A stretch of 64,000 nucleotides of DNA from Nitrospinaceae bacterium (lineage in GTDB: Bacteria; Nitrospinota; Nitrospinia; Nitrospinales; Nitrospinaceae): NCBI GenBank assembly GCA_965237905.1, contig OZ250172.1, forward strand, positions 1,184,001-1,248,000, read 5' to 3'. The notes beneath the pieces were generated by a model. That model did not search any database. It saw nothing but the letters and a program-made list of their open reading frames with translations, and was not told the origin of the DNA. The translations under genes and the position numbers were made by a program. Positions 18,803 through 27,893 of this stretch are shown here, in pieces (the stretch's first letter is position 1; each line of letters opens with the position of its first letter).

Positions 18803-18931
18803 CAATCCGCTTCCCCATCCCTGTTTGTCAAAACGGTTGACATTCCCCCGCCCAAGGCTTTATGTTATGCTCCAAAAGAAAACATTTCGCTAACCATTTT
18901 CCCAACAGCACTGAACCACAAGGATGAAAGC

Positions 18932-19957
18932 ATGAAGCGTTCGAGCAATCTTAGGCCTTTGATTTTTTTATCATTATCGTTATTTTGCGTTGCCGGTATG
19001 GCCTCACACGTGTGGGCTCATAGTGGGCACGACCACGCGGTAGAACCATCCATCTCTCTGCCTGACGTACTCGCCAAGGTAAATGGAACCGACATAAAAA
19101 AATCATCGATCTGGCCCAGCCTCACCCGGACCGTGAAACAGTACAAGGACCGGGGTATTCCTCTGACGCAGGCACAGGAAAAAGTGGCTACCAAAAAACT
19201 GCTTCAGGACCAGATCAACCGCCATCTGCTCCTTAAAAAAGCCGACACCATGGGAATCCATGTCTCTTCCGGAAAAGTCGATGAAGAAGTGAATACGGTA
19301 AAAAAACAGTTCTCATCCGAAAAAGAATTTCTCAAACAACTGGAACTTAAAAAACTGACTCTCAAGCAATACCAGCAGGAACTCAAGGAGGACATCCTGA
19401 TCGACGCGGTATTCCGCAGGGAATTGGGTGAAAGAATCAAAATTACTGATAAGCAGATTGAAGATTACTTCAAAAAAAATCCACTGCAGTTTTCGAGTGA
19501 GGAACAACGTCGGGCCAGCGTTATTCTGATCAAGGTCGATCCCAAAGCCGGATCGATAGGAGATCGAAAAGCCCGCCAGGAACTGCAAAAAATCGTGGGG
19601 AAATTAAAAAAGGGCGGCGACTTCGCGGAGCTGGCCCGAATGCATTCCCAGGATTCTCTCGCGAGACGCGGAGGGGATTTGGGTTTCTTCACGAAAGACC
19701 GGATGTTCGGGCCTTTCAGCAAACTGGCATTCAAGCTCGAGGTGGGCAAAGTCAGCGAAATCTTCCGCACCCAACACGGTTATCAGATTTTGAAGGTAAC
19801 AGGAAAAAAAGCGGGAAAAAAAGCGGGAAAAAAAGGAACTCTGGCAAGCGAAAGGGGAAATATCCGGAAGTTGCTGATGGACCGGGAAATTAAAACGAAA
19901 AGCCATCCTTATCTGGAAGCGTTGCGAAAGAAAGCCAGTATCAAAATTTACTTTTAG
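18932..19957 (+). CDS. SurA/PrsA-like periplasmic peptidyl-prolyl isomerase
   Basis: Signal peptide, SurA_N-like helical region, parvulin domain (DFAELA..HSQD....GGDLGF..G.VS..T.HGY). Confidence 0.88.
   Translation: MKRSSNLRPLIFLSLSLFCVAGMASHVWAHSGHDHAVEPSISLPDVLAKVNGTDIKKSSIWPSLTRTVKQYKDRGIPLTQAQEKVATKKLLQDQINRHLLLKKADTMGIHVSSGKVDEEVNTVKKQFSSEKEFLKQLELKKLTLKQYQQELKEDILIDAVFRRELGERIKITDKQIEDYFKKNPLQFSSEEQRRASVILIKVDPKAGSIGDRKARQELQKIVGKLKKGGDFAELARMHSQDSLARRGGDLGFFTKDRMFGPFSKLAFKLEVGKVSEIFRTQHGYQILKVTGKKAGKKAGKKGTLASERGNIRKLLMDREIKTKSHPYLEALRKKASIKIYF
19802..19837 (+). repeat. In-frame 12-bp tandem repeat (GKKA-GKKA-GKKG)
   Basis: GGAAAAAAAGCG twice, then GGAAAAAAAGGA. Confidence 0.8.
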
Positions 19958-20062
19958 TAAACCGGATCAGGTCCACCGGAACAACCACGCTACCCTCAAC
20001 GCCCGTCCACAAAAAAATGAACATCGTGCCTTGTTGCCGGTTCACCGCAGGGGCAGACCTGA

Positions 20063-20248
20063 TTATTTTTTGGTTTTCTTGCCTTTGTCTTTACCGGCCC
20101 CGACTTCGTTCAGTTTGCGCTTGACGATTTTTCCCTTGTCCCGCTCAAAGTCCACCTTCAAATGCACGGAATTGGGGAACAGTTTGGCCACCACACCCTC
20201 TTTCTTCTTCCCGGCAAAATCAAATTTAATGGTATCTCCTACCTTCAT
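20063..20248 (-). CDS. Small basic hypothetical protein (SH3/KOW-like)
   Basis: MKVGDTIKF..GKKKEGVV..; GGAGG upstream. Confidence 0.75.
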   Translation of the reverse strand: MKVGDTIKFDFAGKKKEGVVAKLFPNSVHLKVDFERDKGKIVKRKLNEVGAGKDKGKKTKK

Positions 20249-20432
20249 GGTACGCACCTCCACAGAATTGTCGACCGATCGATAAAGAAATCCCCATGGA
20301 ATACCGGCACGAGGATATATTGAAAAACAAGAAGGTTATTAGAATCGCCCTCTCCTGTCAATCCTTTCTTGAGCTCCTATCCGGCCAGCGTGACGCTGGA
20401 CCCAGTTTGCCATAGGTGGAGTGATGTAATAT

Positions 20433-20491
20433 GCGCCCAGTGACATTCTTTTGGGGATAACGGTCAGCCAGTTCCCCCTCCGGGTAGGAGT
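20433..20491 (-). repeat. Dispersed intergenic repeat, copy E
   Basis: Reverse complement of 20462-20480 is identical to 26156-26174 (GAGGGGGAACTGGCTGACC), with weaker similarity on both sides. Confidence 0.8.
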
Positions 20492-20523
20492 CTGGTACAA
20501 TCCGGCTGAAAGGTGGATTCTCC

Positions 20524-23034
20524 ATGACAACCGCGACCCAGCAGAACTCCTTACCCTCAGAAAGTCCACAATCAGCGACGGCCTATGCCCAAGTGGTGTT
20601 CAACCTTCCCCTGAAAGAAGAGTTCACCTACGGCATTCCAGAGCACCTTCAGGGGCAGGTCTGCGTGGGAACGCGCGTACTCGCCCCCTTCGGTCCCCGC
20701 AAAATCACCGGCTACGTGGTGGGCCTGACGGGTCACTGCGAAGGGGATTTCGAAATCAAATTCATCCAGGACCTGCCCGATGGAGCACCTGTTATTTCGG
20801 AAGAATTGTTGTCGCTGACCCGGTGGGTGGCGGATTATTACAACGCGGGCTGGGGCGAGGTGATCAAAGCCGCGCTTCCCGGCGGCATCGATGAAGATCA
20901 CCACGAAATCTTTTTTCTTACGGATACCGGAGAGGCCGCTCTTCAGAAACATGCTCTTCCCCAAAACGCGCTTAAGATTCTGCTGGCTCTCCAGAGCAAA
21001 ACCTCGCTCAATAAAAAACAGATTCAAAAAATCCTGCGCAAACAGTTCAGCGCCTATGCCCTGGCGCAGTTGGTCCGGGAAGACTATGTGTCCTCGCAGG
21101 TGAAGATCAAACAGAAATCCGTCGCTTACACCAATGATAAAAAGGCCTGCCTCACGCTCGACAACCACACCCCGGACGAGTTGGAAAAACTTCTCAAACG
21201 CAGTCCCAAACAACGCGAGCTTTTTAAATTGCTGACGGGAAAAGAGATTCTCCTTTCGGACCTGGCCAAAACGCTTCCCGGATACTCAGCACCACTCCGC
21301 GAACTGAAACGCAAGGGACTGGCCAAAACCTTTTCCGTCAAACAGGAACGCACTGCGGAAGACCTCGAAACGGATCCCGAATGGAACCCGGAAGCGCCGC
21401 AGATATTTACCGAGGAACAGCAATCGGTATTCAAACAACTGGTCCAATCCATTATCGCTTCCGAGTTCAAAACGTTTCTTCTGCACGGGGTGACGGGGAG
21501 CGGCAAAACAGAAGTCTACATGCGCGCCATCCAGCAGGCTTTGGATGCGGGAAAAACGTCGATCATGCTGGTTCCGGAAATTTCCCTGACGCCGCAAACC
21601 GTGAACCGCTTTCAACGGCGGTTCGGGTCGAATGTCGCCATTCTGCACAGCGGACTCACCAACATCGAGCGTTACCTGGAATGGGAAAAAATAAGGGAGG
21701 AACAGGTCTCCATTGTCGTCGGGGCGCGGTCGGCGGTGTTCGCGCCGTTCAAAAACCTGGGCGTCCTCATCATTGACGAAGAGCACGATACCTCCTACAA
21801 ACAAGATAGTGTCCCTCGCTACCACGCCCGCGAAACAGCCATCGCACGGGCTCAGGCTTGCGGTGCTGTGGTGATCCTCGGCTCTGCCACACCTTCTCTG
21901 GAATCGCGCCAGAAAACCGCCAACGGGGAATACCAGTACCTGACTCTGGCGGAACGCATCGGCGACCGTCTGCTTCCCGTGATCCGTATTGTCGATATGA
22001 GAAAAGAACGCGATGAAGCCAAGAACTATTCGATCTTTTCAATTCCACTGAAGCAGGCGATGATGGACCGTCTCGAACAAAAGGAGCAGATGTTCCTGTT
22101 TCTCAACCGGCGCGGCACCGCGAATTATGTGGTGTGCCGGAAATGTGGGTTCGTGTTCGAATGCCTTCGGTGCAGTGTGTCACTCACCTTTCACGGCAAT
22201 TCCAAAACCCTGCGCTGTCATTATTGCGATTTCAGCGCTCCCATGCCCGGCAAATGCACCGAATGCAGTGGCGAAATCATTCGCTTCAGCGGATTCGGCA
22301 CGCAAAAGCTGGAGGAGGAAACGCGAGCCCTCTTTCCGCAGGCGCGTATCAAGCGCATGGACCGCGACACCATGAAGACCCGTGGTTCCTTCGAGAACAT
22401 CTACAACGAAATGCGCGCCAGGGAGATCGACATTCTGATCGGCACGCAGATGATTACCAAGGGCCATCATTTCCCCAACGTGACACTGGTGGGTGTCGTT
22501 TATGCGGATTTGTCTTTGCACATTCCGGATTTCCGTTCCAGCGAACGCACGTTTCAGTTGCTGACGCAGGTGGCGGGCCGGGCCGGTCGCGGCAAAGTGC
22601 CGGGAACGGTCATCATTCAGGCGCACAACCCGGACCACTACGTGTTTGACTATGTGCCGCAACACGATTACAACGGATTTTTCGAAAAGGAACTGGGACT
22701 GCGCGGAAAGTTGAACTATCCGCCGTTCACGCAACTGGTGGCTTTGGAAATCGAAAGCGAAACCGAGGTTGAAGGGGAAGCGGCGGTCAACCACCTCAAA
22801 CAGTTTTTGTCGGAACCCGTCCGGCAATCGCCGGGAGTTGAATTATTGGGACCCTCCCGCGCCGCGATGTACCGCATCAACAACCGCTTCCGCTGGCACC
22901 TGATTCTGCGCTCGCAAGAAACGGCGCCTTTGCAATCGCTCGTCACCCAATGCCTCGCCAACCAGCAACTCAGAAAACTCACCACCGGAAAAGTCAAAAT
23001 CACTGTCGACGTCGACCCGATGAATCTGCTTTAG
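20524..23034 (+). CDS. priA: Primosomal protein N' (replication restart helicase)
   Basis: GVTGSGKTEVY, DEEH, four CxxC Zn motifs, QVAGRAGR, DVDP. Confidence 0.97.
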   Translation: MTTATQQNSLPSESPQSATAYAQVVFNLPLKEEFTYGIPEHLQGQVCVGTRVLAPFGPRKITGYVVGLTGHCEGDFEIKFIQDLPDGAPVISEELLSLTRWVADYYNAGWGEVIKAALPGGIDEDHHEIFFLTDTGEAALQKHALPQNALKILLALQSKTSLNKKQIQKILRKQFSAYALAQLVREDYVSSQVKIKQKSVAYTNDKKACLTLDNHTPDELEKLLKRSPKQRELFKLLTGKEILLSDLAKTLPGYSAPLRELKRKGLAKTFSVKQERTAEDLETDPEWNPEAPQIFTEEQQSVFKQLVQSIIASEFKTFLLHGVTGSGKTEVYMRAIQQALDAGKTSIMLVPEISLTPQTVNRFQRRFGSNVAILHSGLTNIERYLEWEKIREEQVSIVVGARSAVFAPFKNLGVLIIDEEHDTSYKQDSVPRYHARETAIARAQACGAVVILGSATPSLESRQKTANGEYQYLTLAERIGDRLLPVIRIVDMRKERDEAKNYSIFSIPLKQAMMDRLEQKEQMFLFLNRRGTANYVVCRKCGFVFECLRCSVSLTFHGNSKTLRCHYCDFSAPMPGKCTECSGEIIRFSGFGTQKLEEETRALFPQARIKRMDRDTMKTRGSFENIYNEMRAREIDILIGTQMITKGHHFPNVTLVGVVYADLSLHIPDFRSSERTFQLLTQVAGRAGRGKVPGTVIIQAHNPDHYVFDYVPQHDYNGFFEKELGLRGKLNYPPFTQLVALEIESETEVEGEAAVNHLKQFLSEPVRQSPGVELLGPSRAAMYRINNRFRWHLILRSQETAPLQSLVTQCLANQQLRKLTTGKVKITVDVDPMNLL

Positions 23035-23094
23035 CGTTCCTTCCCGCCATGCTACCCTGTTAAACTATTTTAATGATGACGTGAAAGGACGCTC

Positions 23095-23682
23095 ATGCGA
23101 TTGCTCCGGAAAACTTACGACTGGATTCTACACTGGTCCGCCACCAAACATGCGCTTCCTGCGCTGGCGATTCTGTCGTTCGCCGAATCCTCTTTCTTTC
23201 CCATTCCGCCCGATGTTTTACTGATCGCTATGGCGGTAGCGGTTCCGCTGAAAGCGTTCCGGTTCGCGGCGGTCTGCTCGGTCGCCTCGGTGCTGGGGGG
23301 TATGTTCGGCTATTTATTGGGATGGCAGTTCATGGACCTGATCGGCATCCGCATCGTCGAGTTCTATCATTTGCAGGCGCAGTGGGATAAAATAGGCAGT
23401 TGGTACGAGGAATACAATGCCTGGGCGGTGGGCGCGGCCGGGTTCACCCCGTTGCCGTATAAAGTGTTCACCCTGGCGGCGGGGGCGTTCCAGATCAATT
23501 TTCCGGTCTTCGTGCTGGCCTCGCTGGTCAGTCGGTCGGCGCGGTTTTTCATCGTCGCCTGGTTGATCTACAAATTCGGCGCGCCCATTAAAATTTTTAT
23601 CGAAAAATATTTCAACATTCTCAGTATTGTTTTCATCGTGCTCTTGTTTGCGGGGTTTGTTCTGGTGAAATACATTTTTTGA
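23095..23682 (+). CDS. YqaA/DedA family membrane protein
   Basis: SFAESSFFPIPPDVLL, FTPLPYKVFT..AG. Confidence 0.9.
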   Translation: MRLLRKTYDWILHWSATKHALPALAILSFAESSFFPIPPDVLLIAMAVAVPLKAFRFAAVCSVASVLGGMFGYLLGWQFMDLIGIRIVEFYHLQAQWDKIGSWYEEYNAWAVGAAGFTPLPYKVFTLAAGAFQINFPVFVLASLVSRSARFFIVAWLIYKFGAPIKIFIEKYFNILSIVFIVLLFAGFVLVKYIF

Positions 23683-23694
23683 TCCCGGAGCTTT

Positions 23695-24018
23695 ATGGAT
23701 TCGCATATCGTTGTCTACATCACCGCTTCTTCGCAGGAAGAAGCCGACACCTTGAGCCGTGGATTGGTCGAGGCTAAGCTGGCGTTCTGCGTCAACAGCG
23801 TGCCGTCGGTGAAGTCGACCTACTACTGGGAAAACCAGTTGTGCATCGACGACGAATTTTTGTTGATTGTAAAAACCCGCGCCGACCGGTTCGATGAACT
23901 GGAGCAATGGGTGGTCGAACATCACAGCTACGACGTTCCGGAAGTGATCGCCCTGCCCATCGTGAAAGGTTCCAAACCGTACCTGAAAGGCATCGACGAC
24001 TGGGTACCGGAAAAATAA
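23695..24018 (+). CDS. cutA: Divalent-cation tolerance protein CutA
   Basis: LV..KLA.CVN, S.YYW, E..L.VKT, HSYDVPE. Confidence 0.93.
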   Translation: MDSHIVVYITASSQEEADTLSRGLVEAKLAFCVNSVPSVKSTYYWENQLCIDDEFLLIVKTRADRFDELEQWVVEHHSYDVPEVIALPIVKGSKPYLKGIDDWVPEK

Positions 24019-24033
24019 TTGACCATAATTTAA

Positions 24034-24068
24034 TTAACCACAGATGAACACCGATAAACACAGATGAA
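24034..24068 (+). repeat. Short 10-bp tandem repeat (CACAGATGAA-like, three units)
   Basis: TTAAC-CACAGATGAA-CACCGATAAA-CACAGATGAA. Confidence 0.75.
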
Positions 24069-24111
24069 AACTATCTACTCCTCCTTCGACACTTGATAAA
24101 GATTTTTAACC

Positions 24112-25089
24112 ATGACTCATCACATCAAAATTCCAAAAGGTTGGGAGATGCCGGAGGAGGAGCTCACGCCGGAGTCGATCTTCATGAATCGGCGCGAGGT
24201 GTTGCAGGCGATGGGCTGGGTCGGTGCGCTGTCCGCCAGTCTCCTGTACGGATGCGCTCCGGGGTCCACGGAAGTCACCAATGCCCATCCGGAGAAGAAC
24301 CTTACCCCGCTCGAGAAAAAATTGTACCCGGCCTCTCGCGTGACCCGTTACAAGATGGACCGCCGGATCACCGAAGAAGCGGTGGCGGCCAGCTACAATA
24401 ATTATTACGAGTTCAGCGAGGTTAAGGAAGACGTGAACCACCATGCGCAGAAACTGAAAACCCGGCCGTGGCAGGTGGAGGTGACAGGACTGGTCGAGAA
24501 ACCGAAAACTTACGACCTGGACGACCTGCTCAAAAAGTTTCATCTGGAAGAACGGTTTTACCGGCTTCGGTGCGTGGAGGCGTGGGCGATGGCGGTGCCG
24601 TGGACGGGATTCCCGCTGAAAGCGCTTCTCGATGATGTCAAACCGCTGGCGAAGGCCAAGTACGTGCGCCTGGTGTCGTTTCACGAACCGTTCACCGCGC
24701 AGGGGCAGATCGCGTTCTGGCAACCGTGGCCCTATTCTGAGGCGCTCACGGTGAAAGAGGCGATGAACGAACTGACTCTGCTGACAACAGGAGTTTACGG
24801 TCACCCGCTACCCAAACAGCACGGCGCGCCGGTGCGGCTGGTGGTGCCATGGAAGTATGGCTTCAAAAGCATCAAGGCCATTCAGCGCATCGAGTTGATC
24901 GACCATAAACCGCAAACTTTCTGGAACACGTTACAACCGCACGAATACGGATTCACCGCCAACGTCGATCCCGGCGTGCCGCATCCCCGCTGGCCGCAGA
25001 CCAAAGAGGAAATGATCGGCACCAAAGAAATCCGCCTCACCCAACTCTACAACGGCTACGGCGACTTCGTCGGTGATCTTTATTCCTGA
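24112..25089 (+). CDS. msrP: Protein-methionine-sulfoxide reductase catalytic subunit MsrP
   Basis: Tat motif NRREVL, YNNYYEF, RCVEAWAM.VPW.GFPL, VVPWKYGFKSIK. Confidence 0.95.
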   Translation: MTHHIKIPKGWEMPEEELTPESIFMNRREVLQAMGWVGALSASLLYGCAPGSTEVTNAHPEKNLTPLEKKLYPASRVTRYKMDRRITEEAVAASYNNYYEFSEVKEDVNHHAQKLKTRPWQVEVTGLVEKPKTYDLDDLLKKFHLEERFYRLRCVEAWAMAVPWTGFPLKALLDDVKPLAKAKYVRLVSFHEPFTAQGQIAFWQPWPYSEALTVKEAMNELTLLTTGVYGHPLPKQHGAPVRLVVPWKYGFKSIKAIQRIELIDHKPQTFWNTLQPHEYGFTANVDPGVPHPRWPQTKEEMIGTKEIRLTQLYNGYGDFVGDLYS

Positions 25090-25093
25090 AAAT

Positions 25094-25804
25094 TTATTCT
25101 ACTGATTGGGCGCACCGGAAGCCGATGTGGTTGAAACGGCCGGCGGGCAAGTCATAGTTTCTGCGCGTGGTGCGCAGAACCTCCGGCAGGTCACGCCACG
25201 ACCCGCCGCGGATGACGCGGTACTTGCTGGTGAAGGGTCCGGTAGGATTCTCCTTCGGGCTGGTTTGATAGAAGGTGTCTCCATAATAATCCGCCACCCA
25301 TTCCCAGACGTTGCCGGACATATCATGCAGGCCGAAGGCATTCGGTTTTCGGGTACCGACGGGATGCGTACTTCGTTTCGAGTTATCCCAGTACCAGGCG
25401 TGATCGCCGTCAATCGTGTCTCCCCAGGTGTAAACCGTGTAGGTTCCCGCGCGCGCGGCTTTTTCCCATTCCGCTTCGGTCGGCAGGCGTTGGCCCACGG
25501 CCTTGCAATAGTCCCGAGCCTCGTACCAGGTGACCTGCTCGACTGGCAGGTGTTTGCCGCTGAAGTCTGACGGATTGTTCCCCATGACTTTTTCAAACTG
25601 CTCTTGTGTGACTTCAAACTTGTCGATGGTAAATGCAGACAGGTGGACTGTGTGCGGGGTTTCGTCTTCCGCCGCTTTCGACCCCATTTGGAATTCCCCG
25701 GCGGGAATCAGGACCATAGTTTCATTTTTAGAGAATGCGTGGGAAGCCGTAGCGGTCAATAACGCGACCACCAGGCAAAAGGAGATTTTTGGAATCCTGT
25801 CCAT
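25094..25804 (-). CDS. Exported FGE-sulfatase domain protein
   Basis: Signal peptide from ATG 25804; RLPTEAEWEKAARAG, N.FGLHDMSGNVWEW, RGGSW, GFRC. Confidence 0.9.
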   Translation of the reverse strand: MDRIPKISFCLVVALLTATASHAFSKNETMVLIPAGEFQMGSKAAEDETPHTVHLSAFTIDKFEVTQEQFEKVMGNNPSDFSGKHLPVEQVTWYEARDYCKAVGQRLPTEAEWEKAARAGTYTVYTWGDTIDGDHAWYWDNSKRSTHPVGTRKPNAFGLHDMSGNVWEWVADYYGDTFYQTSPKENPTGPFTSKYRVIRGGSWRDLPEVLRTTRRNYDLPAGRFNHIGFRCAQSVE

Positions 25805-25830
25805 CCTGCCTATCCTGTTACCCTGTCCGC

Positions 25831-26139
25831 TCAGGGTTTTTTCCGGAACATTTCCATGAAGTTGGCGACGAATCCGGAGATGGCGGCGCCGGAGCCGGCG
25901 GCCATGATGAGGATGTCCTTGTCGCCAGTCTGATACCCTAGAACTCCACCAATCACCGCACCCAGGCAGATGATGATCAGGTAGCGCCGTCCCCCGAGCC
26001 AGCCGACGAATCCGCCGATGAGGGTTCCAAGCGCTCCGGCGGCCAGGGAGGCCGTTGTGCTTTCCAAGACCACGCCGATCAGAACGCCGGTCATCCCCAA
26101 CAGGAATATCCCCAGATAAATGTTGTTTTTGTTTTTCAT
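25831..26139 (-). CDS. Small Gly-rich membrane protein
   Basis: About four hydrophobic Gly-zipper-like segments; ATG 26139 after GGAG. Confidence 0.75.
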   Translation of the reverse strand: MKNKNNIYLGIFLLGMTGVLIGVVLESTTASLAAGALGTLIGGFVGWLGGRRYLIIICLGAVIGGVLGYQTGDKDILIMAAGSGAAISGFVANFMEMFRKKP

Positions 26140-26145
26140 GCTCCG

Positions 26146-26482
26146 CTCCTGCCCTGAGGGGGAACTGGCTGACCATTTTCCAAAAATCAATATTCCTGGG
26201 CACAACTCATGGTTTTTAATTTACCAGCGGCGGTTCGCCGCCTCCTGCCCGGCCCTCTAGCGAGGGAGGCAACCTGCTGACGGTTCATGGCAATCGATGA
26301 TCGTTGGGCGCCTGCTCAGCGCAGGGCCGATATCGCTGAAGCGTTGTGGCACGATCAATGAGTAGTTTTCGCATCCCAAGGTTTAAAGTTCGCCCCGCGC
26401 GGAGCGGCCCGGCTGGCGAAGGTAACGCATCGGTGGTTAAATTGGATTCAGCAAAATTATCACCGGCGATTCGCCGGCGCTA
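26146..26482. repeat. Mosaic of dispersed repeat modules (copies C and D)
   Basis: 26156-26174 matches 20462-20480 (rc); 26229-26266 resembles 14831-14857; 26276-26311 resembles 14777-14812; 26428-26440 resembles 24034-24046 (rc); GGCGATTCGCC occurs again near 26465. Confidence 0.8.
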
Positions 26483-26484
26483 GA

Positions 26485-27882
26485 TTAAAGCGCTTTAAAG
26501 ACAGCGTCGAGGCTTTTCCCGGCGTCGCCGAACAGCATGCGCGTGTTCTCTTTAAAGAATAGCGGGTTTTGCACGCCCGCATAACCGGTCGCCATACTGC
26601 GTTTCAGGACGATGGTGGTTTGGCCTTTCCAGCACTCAAGGACCGGCATGCCGGCAATCGGGCTGTTGGGGTCCGTCTGCGCGGAAGGATTGACGATATC
26701 GTTCGCGCCGATGACGATGGACACGTCGATCTTGGGAAAGTCGTCGTTGATCTCATCCATTTCGTACACGATGTCATAGGGTACCCGGGCTTCCGCCAGC
26801 AAGACATTCATGTGCCCCGGCATACGCCCGGCAACGGGATGAATCCCGAACCGCACGTTTATTTTTTTGGCGCGGAGGCACTTGGTGATCTCGTACACGA
26901 TATGCTGGGCCTGAGCGACCGCCATGCCGTAACCCGGAATGATCATAATCTCTTTGGCATCCTTCAGCAGTTGTGCCACCTCATGCGCTTCCATCGCGAC
27001 AACTTCGCCCTGTTCGCCTTCCACAGCGGCGGCGGAACTGCCCGAGGTGGTTCCGAAACCACCGGCGATGACCGCCAGGAATTTACGGTTCATGGCGCGG
27101 CACATGATGTAACTCAGGATGGCGCCGCTACTACCGACCAATGCGCCGGTTACGATAAGCAGATCGTTGTTGAGCATGAACCCGGTTGCGGCGGCGGCCC
27201 AACCGGAATAACTGTTGAGCATGGAAACCACGACCGGCATATCGGCGCCGCCGATCGCCATGACCATGTGAATCCCGAACAGCATCGCGATGCCCGTCAT
27301 AATCAACAAGGGAGTGAGCCCTCCCCCATGACCGGCCGCAGATTGGTCGACGAACATTTTACAGATATAAATAGTTCCGATCAGCAGGCCGAGGTTGAGC
27401 CAATGCCGGCCGGGGATCAACATCGGATTGCCGGTGATCTTGCCGCTGAGTTTTCCAAATGCGATGATGGAACCCGAAAAAGTGACGGCACCGATGATAA
27501 TTCCCAGGCTCGTTTCAATGTCGTGGATGGTCAACTCGACGCCCGTGAAATGCGACACTGGATCCATGAAGTTGGCAAACCCGACCAGCACCGCCGCCAT
27601 ACCCACCAGACTGTGAAGAATAGCGACCAGCTCCGGCATTTCCGTCATTTGCACGCGCTTCGCAAGGACCAAACCAATGGTGCCACCAATTAACAAGCCA
27701 CCAACGAGAATACCAATATTGGCGGTGACACCGGCGATCGTCGCCACCAGGGCAATGAACATGCCGATGATGCCGTAAATATTTCCGCGCCGTGCCGTTT
27801 CCTGGTTGCTCAATCCCCCCAGCGTCAGAATAAAAAGAATGGTCGCCCCTATGTAAGAGACGGTTACGATACCTGGATTCAT
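26485..27882 (-). CDS. pntB: NAD(P) transhydrogenase subunit beta
   Basis: [48 protein letters not shown]. Confidence 0.97.
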   Translation of the reverse strand: MNPGIVTVSYIGATILFILTLGGLSNQETARRGNIYGIIGMFIALVATIAGVTANIGILVGGLLIGGTIGLVLAKRVQMTEMPELVAILHSLVGMAAVLVGFANFMDPVSHFTGVELTIHDIETSLGIIIGAVTFSGSIIAFGKLSGKITGNPMLIPGRHWLNLGLLIGTIYICKMFVDQSAAGHGGGLTPLLIMTGIAMLFGIHMVMAIGGADMPVVVSMLNSYSGWAAAATGFMLNNDLLIVTGALVGSSGAILSYIMCRAMNRKFLAVIAGGFGTTSGSSAAAVEGEQGEVVAMEAHEVAQLLKDAKEIMIIPGYGMAVAQAQHIVYEITKCLRAKKINVRFGIHPVAGRMPGHMNVLLAEARVPYDIVYEMDEINDDFPKIDVSIVIGANDIVNPSAQTDPNSPIAGMPVLECWKGQTTIVLKRSMATGYAGVQNPLFFKENTRMLFGDAGKSLDAVFKAL

Positions 27883-27893
27883 CTCCTCGCCTC

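Noticed and set aside
18828..18841. GTCAA...TTGAC palindrome as another flagellar activator site
   Set aside because: Spacing is one base longer than the two flagellar sites, no sigma54 motif follows, and TTGACA is better explained as a sigma70 -35 element.
20339..20520. tRNA, 6S RNA, SRP RNA or a known riboswitch
   Set aside because: No cloverleaf/TTC loop or conserved aptamer motif that I could recognise; an Rfam search would be needed to exclude it formally.
25805..26203. N-terminal extension of the 369-aa ORF (25094-26203)
   Set aside because: It is a shadow frame over the Gly-rich membrane gene; the FGE protein has a sensible signal peptide from ATG 25804.
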